This document shows positions 54,060 to 64,000 of a stretch of DNA of 64,000 nucleotides, piece by piece. Within the stretch, counting starts at the first letter, position 1. The number at the start of each line of letters is the position of its first letter. Origin of the DNA: Camelus ferus. Its lineage: Eukaryota. The translations under genes and the position numbers were made by a program. The stretch is from positions 118,732,001 to 118,796,000 of the forward strand of contig NC_045696.1 of the NCBI RefSeq assembly GCF_009834535.1, in the 5' to 3' direction. The notes under the pieces were generated by a model. It was not told the DNA's origin. It searched no databases and saw nothing but the letters and a program-made list of their open reading frames with translations.

Positions 54060-54262
54060 TTCTAAATTTTTTATTGAAGTGGAGTTGATTTACAACGTTA
54101 GTTTCAGGTGTACAGCAAAGTGGTTCAGTCATACATACACACACATACGTATATCTTTTCTTTGCAGACTCCCTTCCATTGTATGCTATTATAAGAAATT
54201 GAGTACAGTTCCCTGTGCTCTACAGTAGGTCTTGGTTGTTTATCTATTTCATATATAGAAAC
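54060..54262 (-). mobile_element. Short lineage L1 3' end (sense to PLCL2)
   Basis: ttttttattgaagtggagttgatttacaacgttagtttcaggtgtacagc...gttccctgtgctctacagtaggtc; cactctt on both flanks. Confidence 0.85.
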
Positions 54263-55277
54263 ATGTGCCACTCTTCTTATGAGGGAAAAGGACTATAAAA
54301 GAAAGGCTCTACCTGATCACTATCTGATCAAAAGGCAGAGAACTAGTCAACCTTTTTCAGTGTTATAACATAGTAAGAAATCTGAAATAAAATGACATAC
54401 GACAGGACTTACAACCTGTTTTCGTGTTTTGGTGAGCTGCCCAGAGTACTCAGAGTCAAAGCAAAAAGCCACCCTGGGCTCCACTTACCAACCAGACAAG
54501 CAGAATGTGACATTGAACATTTCTGCGTCAGCCAGCTGTTTGCAACTCCACATTCATTCTCCCAAAAAAAACAACAATGTAAACAGTGCTTGTAATCTCA
54601 GATCCACCCAGGAAAGCCTATTTAATCCAAATGTCGCTAAAATAATGTATACAGACAAAAATGGGGATGTTACTGCTGAAATCTAGTCATTAAACCAAAC
54701 AAAATAAATTCATTAAGAAGTAATTTTTAAATTTTTATTTTGCTTCTCCTCCTCAGTCTGGTACGGGAAGAAAAGCGATTATTAACTGAGTGGAAACGCC
54801 CGAGGCCCCGAGGGGCTCCCTGCCTCTGCTTTTTGATTTTCACGTCCTCCACTTCCACCATCTTTCCCTTCTCTTCTATCCAAATACAGCTGGGTTCCAG
54901 TCTTCAATTTAAATCATTCTGTGTCCACAGAGGCCCCTCCGCCTGGAAGGACCCTGACCTACAAGTGGATGCTGCTCCCTGGGCAGTGAGCAGCCGTCGG
55001 GCAGAAACTGTTATCTCTTGGCTAACCAAGGGGGCCGGCGTGGGGGAGGAGGACAGCAAAGGAGTGGAACTTCGGGGGGTAAGCGGAGAGGAGCCCCGGG
55101 AGACAGAGAGAGGAGGGGAGGGCAGGGAGAGGGAAGTGATGGGTAAACAGCCCAGGGTCAGATAGGCCCTCCTCCTCTCAAGAGCCAGACCACGAGCTCA
55201 GGTCTGCCAGTCTGCCATGGATGGGGACAGAGAGTGGGCTGGGGGGCTACATGGATGCTCTAATGTTTGTATCTATT

Positions 55278-55730
55278 CATTGCAGCAACATGGATGTACC
55301 TGGAGAGCACCATTCTAAGTGAAGGGAGCCAGAAAGAGAAAGAAAAATACCGTATGGTATCACTTATACGTGCAATCTAAAACAAAGAAAAAAGAAAAAA
55401 GAGGACCCTAATGAACTGATCTGCAAAACAGAAACAGACTTGCAGACATAGTAAACAATCTTATGGCTACCGGGGTAGGGGGTGGGAAGGGATAAATCTG
55501 GGAGTTTGAGATTTGCAAATGTTAACCACTGTATATAAAAATAGATTAAAAAAACAAAGTTCTTCTGTATAGCACAGGGAACTATAGTCAGTATCTTATA
55601 ATAACATTTAATGAAAAAATACGAAAAGGAATATATGTATATATAAGCATGACTGGGACATTGTGCTGTACACCAGAAATTGACACATTATAACTGACTG
55701 TACTTCAATAAAATATATATATATATATAT
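55278..55730 (+). mobile_element. L1 3' end of a distinct subfamily, ending in an (AT)n tail
   Basis: cattgcagcaacatggatgtacctggag...gcatgactgggacattgtgctgtacaccagaaattgacac...cttcaataaaatatatat. The 3' UTR differs diagnostically from the other copies. Confidence 0.85.
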
Positions 55731-55949
55731 AACTTCACTAACTGTTTACTGGGCACCTAGTACAGAGAGGGTACCACTGGATATGTGAATCCAAAACAGG
55801 CATTTTTTTCTGCTCAAGGAGTTGCAGTCTTTGGGGGCAGAGACAGCACACAACTGCAGTAAATCCAGAAGACCTGAAGGACCACAAGCAACGTGGTACT
55901 GTTGGAGCACAAATGAAGAGGGGGAGACTGGAAGAGAGCCAAAAAGAAT

Positions 55950-56668
55950 ATCCGTTCATTCAAAAAAAACACTTATGGGGTGTCTAATTGGTGCCTGGCA
56001 ACGTTCTAAGCATCGTGGATATACCATGAATCAAAGTCACAAAGTCTTCAGCCCTGTGGCATGGATAATAACCAAGAACACAATACTTAAAATTCAAGTG
56101 AAGTACATGGTGTGTGAGATGATGGTAAAGACTATGGAGAAAAATAAATAAAGCAAGAAAGGGGGCTAAGAGGGCAGTGGGGGGGGGGGACAGATAGTAA
56201 AGCCTCACTGAGAAGATGGTACTTTAGTAAAGACCTGCAGAGGTGAGACTGAGCTCCATGGACACCTAGCAGGAAGAGTGTCCAGGCAGAGGGAGCCCAT
56301 AAGCACAGCCAGGTGCCCAGTGCAGGACCAGCAAGGAAGCAGGGGCGGCTGAGCAGGTGGACACAGAGAATCGGTGGAGAAGAGGCTGGAGTAACACGTG
56401 GCCAGGTCCCGTGGTACCCGTGGGCCACAGGGTGGATGTAAGCTTTGATCTACAAGAGCGGAGCTGAAGGGAAGAGACGGATGTGATCTGACTTAGACCA
56501 CACCCTCTGGCTGCTGTAATAATCCGGGCTCCAGATGACGTGGGCTCGGACAAAGGTGGAAGCCGTGGAGGGGGGGACAAGAAGTATTCAGATGCTGGAC
56601 GTGCTTCTGGGGGGGAGCGGATGGGATTTTCTAATGGACCGGATGTGAGAGGCAGAGGAAATGAGGTG
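55950..56668 (-). mobile_element. L2 LINE remnant
   Basis: tcattcaaaaaaaacacttatggggtgtct...gtgcctggca...ctcactgagaagatggtactttagtaaagacctg...gatctgacttag...ctctggctgctgt. Confidence 0.65.
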
Positions 56669-56669
56669 A

Positions 56670-57193
56670 TGTGTGAGTTTGCTGGGGGCCCCCTCAACAA
56701 ACACCAGACTGGGGGGCTCAGACGACACAAAGTCCTTTCTTTGCAGTCCTGGAAGCTGGAGGCTGAGAGCCAGGTGTGGACAGACTGCTTCTCCTGAGGC
56801 CTCTCTCCTTGTCCTGCAGGCGCCGTCTTCTCCCTCGTCTTCACATGTTCTTCTCTGTGTGTGTCTCTGTCCTAATCTCCTCTTCTTTTTTCTTTTTTAG
56901 TTTTATGTTTCTTTTATTTTTTTAAATCTTTAAATTTTTTTCTTAAAAATTTTTTTGTTGTTGCTTTTCTTTTTTCTTTTTTTAAATTTATTTAAAAAAT
57001 TTATTTAAAAAAATAAAATTTTTTTAACCTCCTCTTCTCATAAGGACACCAGACCTACTGGATTAGAGCCCACCCCAATGACTTCATGTAACCGTCGTTG
57101 GCTCTTCGAAGAATACACTCACATTCTGAGTCACTAAAGGGTTAAGACTCCAACATATGAATTTTGGGGCGGCATGATTCATCCCACCACCAG
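56670..57193 (-). mobile_element. MLT1A-like MaLR solo LTR with a T-rich insertion
   Basis: tgtgtgagtttgctggg...aacaaacaccagactggggggctc...cttctcctgaggcctctctcctt...ataaggacaccag...ggattagagcccacc...caacatatgaattttgggg. Confidence 0.8.
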
Positions 57194-57329
57194 TGTCAAG
57201 GATGTTCTGACCAAGCGGAGAGACAGGGTCACCTGAGATCACCATTAAAGGATGGGGCAGGCTTCTGACGCAGGGAGAGGGGCATTGGAAGTGGGAATCA
57301 TTACAGTGAAAAGATCAACAAACATGCAT

Positions 57330-57525
57330 GGGGTGCTTATTTGGTGTAAGACACCACACTAAGCACGTCACTACTTCAGTTAATCCTTACAGCAACACTG
57401 CAATGCCAGGATTATCATCTCCATTTACAAATCAGGAAGCAAAGGCTTAACAAGTCACAGCATGGAAGGGGGACAGGAGTTGGATCCAAGCACTCTGACT
57501 GCAGCAGTCCTGCCCTTAACCACCA
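57330..57525. mobile_element. MIR remnant
   Basis: taatccttacagcaac...attatcatctccatttacaaatcaggaagcaaaggctt...aagtcacagc...tctgactgcagc...cttaaccacc. Confidence 0.7.
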
Positions 57526-60084
57526 TCTGCACCTCCTTCGCCACAGAAAGTCGTAAATGTGATCAAAAGTGACCTTAAGTACAATGCCCAAGAGATCAAG
57601 TCCAACTCTGGACTTCTGCAGAAGCCAGCCTAGATTCACAGGGTGATTAGATCATTTGTCCAAGTCACGCTATCTACAAGAGATTTAATTAGAAGACTGT
57701 TTATTTCATAAGACTAAAAAATTGGGAAAAAACCTAACTGCAGTTGGTCAGAAAATTACAGAATAATCTCAGTTTAAATAAACATACACCGTTAAGCAAT
57801 GATGGAGAGCTACACTGATTACACAGATAGCTATCTGTGTTACATTGAGTTTTTTTTAAAGCAAGGAATAAAATTACATTTTAGAATAATCTTTAAAAAA
57901 TATTATTGTTCATATGTCATATGTACATGCAAAAGTCTAGACAGATATACACTAAAAAGGAGATGGTAAGAAAGAGGATCATTTTCACTTTCTAAAAAAT
58001 TTTTCAGCCATCTCTGATGTTTTCTAGAGTAAATAAACATTGTTTGTAAAGTCAGAAAAATAAGAATGCTATTGCCAACCTGATTTTTTCAAAGCTATTT
58101 CCTTTACACTTTGCTGCTCAAACTCCCCCCAAGTTTAGGGGCTCGCGGAACAGGCTGGCCTTTGAGACTTCTGGGAGTCACTTCTCCCGGGGGGCTCTGA
58201 CTGTACACAGAGCAAGCCTCGGGGGCAACGTGTCAGGCGAAGCGTTTTGAGAGCCGGTACAGGGATAACTGCACTCAACAGTTTACAACTCACTTAGACT
58301 CAGAGAATCAACTTTTCACAAAGGAAGTGTCTGACTTCAAGAGGTACAAATTATATTATTCAGCTGGCATTTTTTAATAGTATCAAAGCTGTCAAGACTG
58401 TCATTAATGTCAAAGACATTTACTTGAGGAATATAAAATAAAGCACCAATAATAATATTTAAAAGAAGAAGGCAGATGAGGACATGAAAGAGAGAGCGGG
58501 GGAAATGCTTAGGGGCAAGGCAGCCAACAAGTGGGCGCAGCACCATGCTTCACAGTGATTAACTCACGCCAGCTGGACAGACAGCACCACCGAGCGCTCT
58601 GCGCTGTGTGTGCCCCAGGCTACGCTCTGGGAAGACAAGGTGAGGGGGACACAGCCCCTGAAGGACCGCCATCACTGTTAACACGCCGCCTGTGACACGA
58701 TCACGAACTCCTTTCCCTTCAGTAAGCGGAGGTGCCCAAACGAACTGGACGCCATCTGAGAACACTGCTCCTCTACAAGTTTTGTTTATTGCTGTTTCTT
58801 TCATTCTTTGCTTTTGAGGAGGTGGAGGTGAGGAATGGGATAAAATGAGGAAGAAAAAGTCATAGAAAGAAGACAGGTGGTGAAAATCCGAGAGGAAGGG
58901 GTAAACGGATACTGAATTTGGAAGAAAGGTGCCCGAAGGATGACAGGACAGCCCAGCAGAGTGGAGAGGTGGCGTGTGTTACAGAGCCGGGTCTGGCCCC
59001 ACCAGGACGAGGAGGGTAGGTAGGGGAGGGGAGGTGGGAAGTGTGGGGACCCCGCCATCCACACCAGGAGCCCCTGGGTGGGGCGGTGTGGGGGATGCTC
59101 TCCTCGTCCCCAGGGCGTGCTTCCCGGCCGGCCCGGCAGGGAAATGTACAGGAAAGACTATGGAACCTTCCACGTGCCCCTCTTTCCTTCCTCTGCTACC
59201 CCGGCTGCAGGACGGCCCCCTTCCACAGTCTGATGTGGCTGGAGCCCAGCGTCACTAAAGAGATGCTTTTCCCCTGAATCAGCACAGCATCTGCTCACAC
59301 GCACGTGTGCAAGAGGACAGGCGTCTCCCCGGCGGACTCTCACGGGAGGTTTCCCTTGACTGGTCCACGGCACAATGGAACCTCAGGCCGGGGCCCAGAG
59401 TTAGCAACTGCTTTAGACTCAGAGCAGCCACCTTTCCCACAACTATCTCCGTCAGCCTGGGAATCCGTGTGCTCCACTGCTCCGCGCACCCCGGCTTCCC
59501 TGAGAACCGGCCGGCGCCCTTCAACAAGCTCTTTATCGGACTGCATACTCTGCTGAATGTCAGGGCTGGAAATAGAATGGTCCTGGCTCTTAAGGGCTTT
59601 ATAGGGCTTTATAATCCACGGGGAAACACAAACATAGTTTCAGGAGAGCTCGGCAAATCTGCTTTTCAAACTTTTTTTGGCGCCACCCTGAGTAAAACCT
59701 GCGGTTTACACAGCAGCCTGATGCACTTATACTCAAACACGTGGAACAGCATTTTCTCTTCTGGTCCATTCTGCTTTTATTTAGTGTTGTAAAAAAAAAA
59801 ATATGAGGTCACACCTGTAGCCCAAATGGACAGGGTGCTGTGGGAGGACCAGGAGAGGCCCCCAGCCTGGCCTTGGAGAGGGGGGTCTGTGTCAGAGATG
59901 AATGACCACAGTGAGCCAGGCTGAGGAAGCAGGACAGCCAGCCAGAGCAGATGCCACGAGGCTGGAAGGGGACGACAGCGGACCTCGGGCACCGGGCATC
60001 ACCAGACAGGTACCGGGACGGGGGGAGGAACGGCGAATGGGGGCTGAGTGCACAGGGGCCAGGAGTGGTATGTGGTATGGTTCC

Positions 60085-60270
60085 TGTACATATTTCAGAT
60101 GTACAATTTGATGGACTTTAATAGATGTATCCACCCATGAAACCATCACCACAATCAAGACAGCTAACATCGCCATCACTCCCCCAGAGGTGCAAACTGA
60201 ATTCCCAGTTTATCCCTTCCCACCCTCATTACCCCTGGTAACCGTAAGTTTGCTCTTTTGAGTGTCTCGC
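60085..60270 (-). mobile_element. Old L1 3' terminal fragment
   Basis: gtacaatttgatggactttaatagatgtatccacccatgaaaccatcaccacaatcaagacag...cctggtaaccgtaagtttgct. Confidence 0.7.
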
Positions 60271-63200
60271 CGAGGTGCCCTGCTTGTGCTGTGGGGCCAG
60301 GGCTTGGCTGAAGGACTTTTGACCAGGAATAATCTGATTTGCCTTTTCCAGAGACCCACTCTGCCTCTGTGACAACTAAATTTAAGGCAGGCAAAAACAG
60401 GAGCAAAAAGAATAGTGAAGAAGATCATGTATCTAGTAGAAATGAGATGTGATGAGCTTTTTCACAGGCTATGAGCAAAGGGGACAGAGATTGTCCCGGG
60501 GTGACATCAGCAGGCACCAGAGACAAACAGGAGAGCCAGGTGCACACAGGAGTGACAACCCTAAGGAGACAGCAGAGCGGCGAGAACAGGGGCCAAGGAG
60601 GCCACAGAGGACACTGAAAGAGGTAGGCAGGGTCAGAAGCAAATCTCCAGCAGACAAACGAGGAGCCAAGGGCCCGGGGCCTAGTGGCAGGGCAGCCACC
60701 TGTCACCAAGCACTTCCTGTGGGCGGGCACCAGCCTGCACACTTTACTGCACGCAGGACACACTTTATCATATTGACCATCGTCATAAAAGATGGTGTGG
60801 TCATCCCATTGGATGACGTACAGCTCAAAGAGGTCAAGGAACGTGTGTGATGCCACTTGGTGAGTTTGTGGCAGAGCCAGGGCTTATTTTGAAAGGACTA
60901 AATTTTACAGCACAGAACTTGGTTGCAGCCTTTGCAAAAGTGGACACAAGGTCTTCAGTTGTTGGGGTCACAGGAAGAGAGGTGGTGAAGGCAAAGGGCT
61001 GACTTCTCTTGCAATCAAACCAACAAGGGGGGAGACCACACGGAGGAAGCTGCCGCCTGCAAAGAGGGCCGGTTCAGGGTGTGAGCAAGGCGGGTGTGCT
61101 GGCAGGCTGCAGGGAACGCCAGTCCGGAGGAAGCATTTGAAGAGGGGGCAGGGGCCAGAGGGGAAATGGGGACCTGGGGGACAGGAGGTGCTGGCCGCCC
61201 CGGAGAAGGCAGGATGCCCTCTGACATCTCACCCCCACCCAGCCTGGAGGGAGGCGGAGGGCACCGCCTAGGTCCTCGGCACAGGTGGTCCAGACGGTCC
61301 CTGTCTTCCTGTGCTTTGCTGAGTCCTTTTCTTATCCTCTGGGGTTTCCCTCAAACTCCATTTGCTTGGAGTTTTGAATGCCACGGTCTCAAATAATGGA
61401 CCTTTCTGGTTCTATAAGCATGAGCCTTTTCCTTTAGAGCTGAAGGTGTCAGGTACCACCACCACCCACACGCTCGCTCACGGGGGTGTCCCCTCCCCTC
61501 ACCGTCACCCTCCAGGAGGGGAAGAGTGGCTCAGTTTCTTCTTCTACAGTGTCTGGAAGCAAACATCTCCCCGAGGTCTTCCAACACATGTCACTTTGCA
61601 GGGAAACACACAGAGCGGAATAACGCAAGTCTCACCCCAAGGAAAACTGTCCCCAGTATTCAGCGCAACGTAAACAGAATGACACCTGGGGCTTTTTGTA
61701 CGTTCAGAAGCTCTACAATTCTACCATTGTTTTTGTCCCACTGAGGCCTAATCCATCTTTACTGATTTTATTTGAGAAAGAACTACCTTTTGATTATTTC
61801 ACCCAATTTTAACAATCTGTGTGCACTTACCTAGTAAGTTTTCTCAATTATTTACACGAGTATGGCTTGTCCTGTTTACGGGTGTGCGCCCAGCACAACA
61901 GACACTGACGGATGCCTGCGGGTGAGCACGGCCCCCTGGAGACCACCTCTTTAAAGGCCATACCATACAGTCATGGAATCCGGCCAAGCCAAGGACTAGG
62001 TGCCCAACTCCAGCTTGTGACGTCAGCCCCAATAAATTCAACCAACGGGCTTTTCTAAAATAAGCATCTAAAAATAAAAATCCAAAGGCTAACAATCTAT
62101 GTTTGCTTCCAAATCAATAGACCTAGAAACTCGAGAAGACGAAACGCTAGGAGTTTGAATCCACCCACCTTCCAACAGCTATCACACCACCGCCCTAAAA
62201 GAAAACACGAGCAGAACCCTCCCCCTCGCTGCTGTCTGCAGCGGGAATTAAATTCCCACCATGTCCACGAGCACACGTGGGCCGTCGCTGATTTTCAGGA
62301 AGCCAAAACGGAACACGTGGATGGACCGTGTTCCCAAAATGTCTATCCTTGGACAGACACGAGGGCAGATGATTCAAACGATACAGCTAGCTGCTTGAAA
62401 GTTTTTAAATTTGAGTGAAGGTTAGGGACAGGTCTAATATCATTCCTCAAACACCTGTGTACATTTTCCTCACATTTCTGGATTCTTTTGTCACTTTTTA
62501 GGCTGACAGTGTTGGCTGTCTCACAAATAAGAAAGCAGTGAACTGAATGTGAATCCTCCAAATAAAGACCTCAGGCCTGGGCGAGGCGTTAACAGAAGAG
62601 GAGGTATGTGGACAAGACACCCTGAAGGCATCTTCAGCTCCAAATTTCCAAGGAGGGGCCTGGCGTCAGTCTCATTAAACTGCTTCTAAGTGCTACTTTT
62701 GTACTACACATGCAACAAAAGGCAGGCTCCTGGCACCGGGTACCATGTAGAGATGAATTCTGACAAGGGCCAATCAGAATCTGCCCGGAAAAAACCTAAT
62801 GTGCTGTCTTCCAAAGTGGATGGCTTTCTCCGGGGCTGTGGCTTCCCTTCCGCTGGCCAGGCGACTCCTGTACAAGGAACACCAAGGCCGGCCGGACTCA
62901 GAGAGCCTGAGGAGAGCGAGGCTTCTTGTATTTCTTTCCACATGCTTTTCTGTTTTCAACAATACCTCTTCTTTAGCAATGGTCACTGTGATCACTGAAA
63001 GTTGACTGTAATTATTACTCTATAATCCTTTAAAAATTCATTAATGGGCATTTTACACAGTGCAGGAATCCTTCATCTTAATCTGGTTATCCCAAAGCTT
63101 TATAAAGTCATCAAGCTTTTTTTTTTTTGTAAACAGATCCAAACATGATCAATTGCTTGTCCTGTATAAGCAATGTTTTCAGCAGATTTATAACTTGCTC

Positions 63201-63551
63201 CAGTTAAGCAAATAATAAAAATACATTTAGCAATGAGTTAACACAATTGCATCACACAGGCAGTTGTGCTTTCAAACAGTACTAAAAACGGTGTATGACA
63301 AGTAAATTTCAATGTGAAACATCAAATTACACATCACTCGCCACCTTTCAGGCCAATTTTTCATAAAGTAATTCCTACTGCATTATTAAGGGAAAACCCG
63401 ATGTAAAACCATAACCTGTTATCCAAAATTAATGCAAGTACGACATTCTCTTTTAGAGGCTGAGTCTGTGACATGCCTCTTTTGCCTTCTCTGTTTGGTC
63501 TGTATGGTCAGTGTTCATAAAAAAGGAAGCACCTTTAAAAGCCAGCAACAA

Positions 63552-63703
63552 GGTGGGGAGGGTGTAGCTCAGTGGTAGAGCACGTGCTTAGCATGAACGA
63601 GGTCCTGAGTTCAATCCCCAGTACCCTCATATAAACAAATAAATAAATACCTAATTACCCCCCCAAAATAAAGACTAAATAAAAATTTTAAATTTAAAAA
63701 AAT
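63552..63703 (+). mobile_element. vic-1-type tRNA-derived SINE with TSD
   Basis: ggggagggtgtagctcagtggtagagcacgtgcttagcatgaacgaggtcctgagttcaatccccagtacc...cctaattacccccc; cagcaaca on both flanks. Confidence 0.88.
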
Positions 63704-64000
63704 TCAGCAACAGTGAGAGGGAAACTGAACCATATGTGAGGAAAACACAGGCCCCTAATTTCTGGCCGGGTGTGTGACTCATAGTCATTACACACGTAGT
63801 CATGGAAGAGCTTTGTTACAAGCTTTGATTAATTTTCCAGATTTTCCCCAGCTGGGGAGGTGTTTCATCTGAATAGGTCAACTGTCCACAGACGGCCACA
63901 ACCTGCAAATCTTGTGCAGCCTGGAAGGGCAAGCAGGTATTTTAGGAAAGAAGAACCCTGTTCTTTGATTTATGCCATCAGCACAGCAAGTAACTAAGTG

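Larger units (their letters stand above)
11739..64000 (-). other. PLCL2: PLCL2 large upstream intron (intron 1, partial); the first exon and main promoter lie beyond the window end
   Basis: Acceptor at 11739-11740. No N-terminal PLCL2 coding exon was recognised upstream in the window, and the sequence is repeat-rich non-coding DNA. Confidence 0.8.

Noticed and set aside
845..55730. Recurrent near-identical 200-700 bp segments as a novel repeat system or array
   Set aside because: They are dispersed, 5'-truncated, poly(A)-tailed L1 3' ends with TSDs. There is no regular repeat-spacer structure and nothing CRISPR-like.
62018..62025. Perfect CRE palindrome TGACGTCA
   Set aside because: It is a single 8-mer in 64 kb with no supporting promoter context, and compatible with chance.

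Overview
Mammalian genomic DNA, most likely a camelid (camel, alpaca, llama or vicuna). The basis is five copies of a tRNA-Ala-like SINE of the vic-1 type and no recognisable Alu, Bov-tA, PRE-1 or Can-SINE. The whole window lies inside the minus-strand gene PLCL2 (PRIP-2, a catalytically inactive phospholipase C-like protein). Two coding exons are present: the 2,487-bp exon 2 (11738..9252; PH, EF-hand, X, Y and C2 domains) and the 204-bp exon 3 (6820..6617). Both have canonical AG/GT boundaries and phase-0 junctions. About 52 kb of upstream intron (11739..64000) and 6.6 kb of the next intron (1..6616) are non-coding. They are filled with L1 fragments of several ages, SINEs, MIR/L2, MLT1/MLT2 LTRs and fossil DNA transposons (MER5, MER20, MER33, MER45, MER94, Tigger1-like). 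Nearly all other ORFs in the track are chance ORFs or repeat remnants. I found no convincing novel biological system. The best second-look items are a strand-specific T>C substitution bias in intronic L1 copies, an overlapping out-of-frame ATG right at the exon 2 acceptor, several nested and tail-only retro-insertions with target-site duplications, a double-CCAAT hairpin, and a few candidate enhancers. Repeat family names and human comparisons are from memory, not from a search, and repeat boundaries are approximate.
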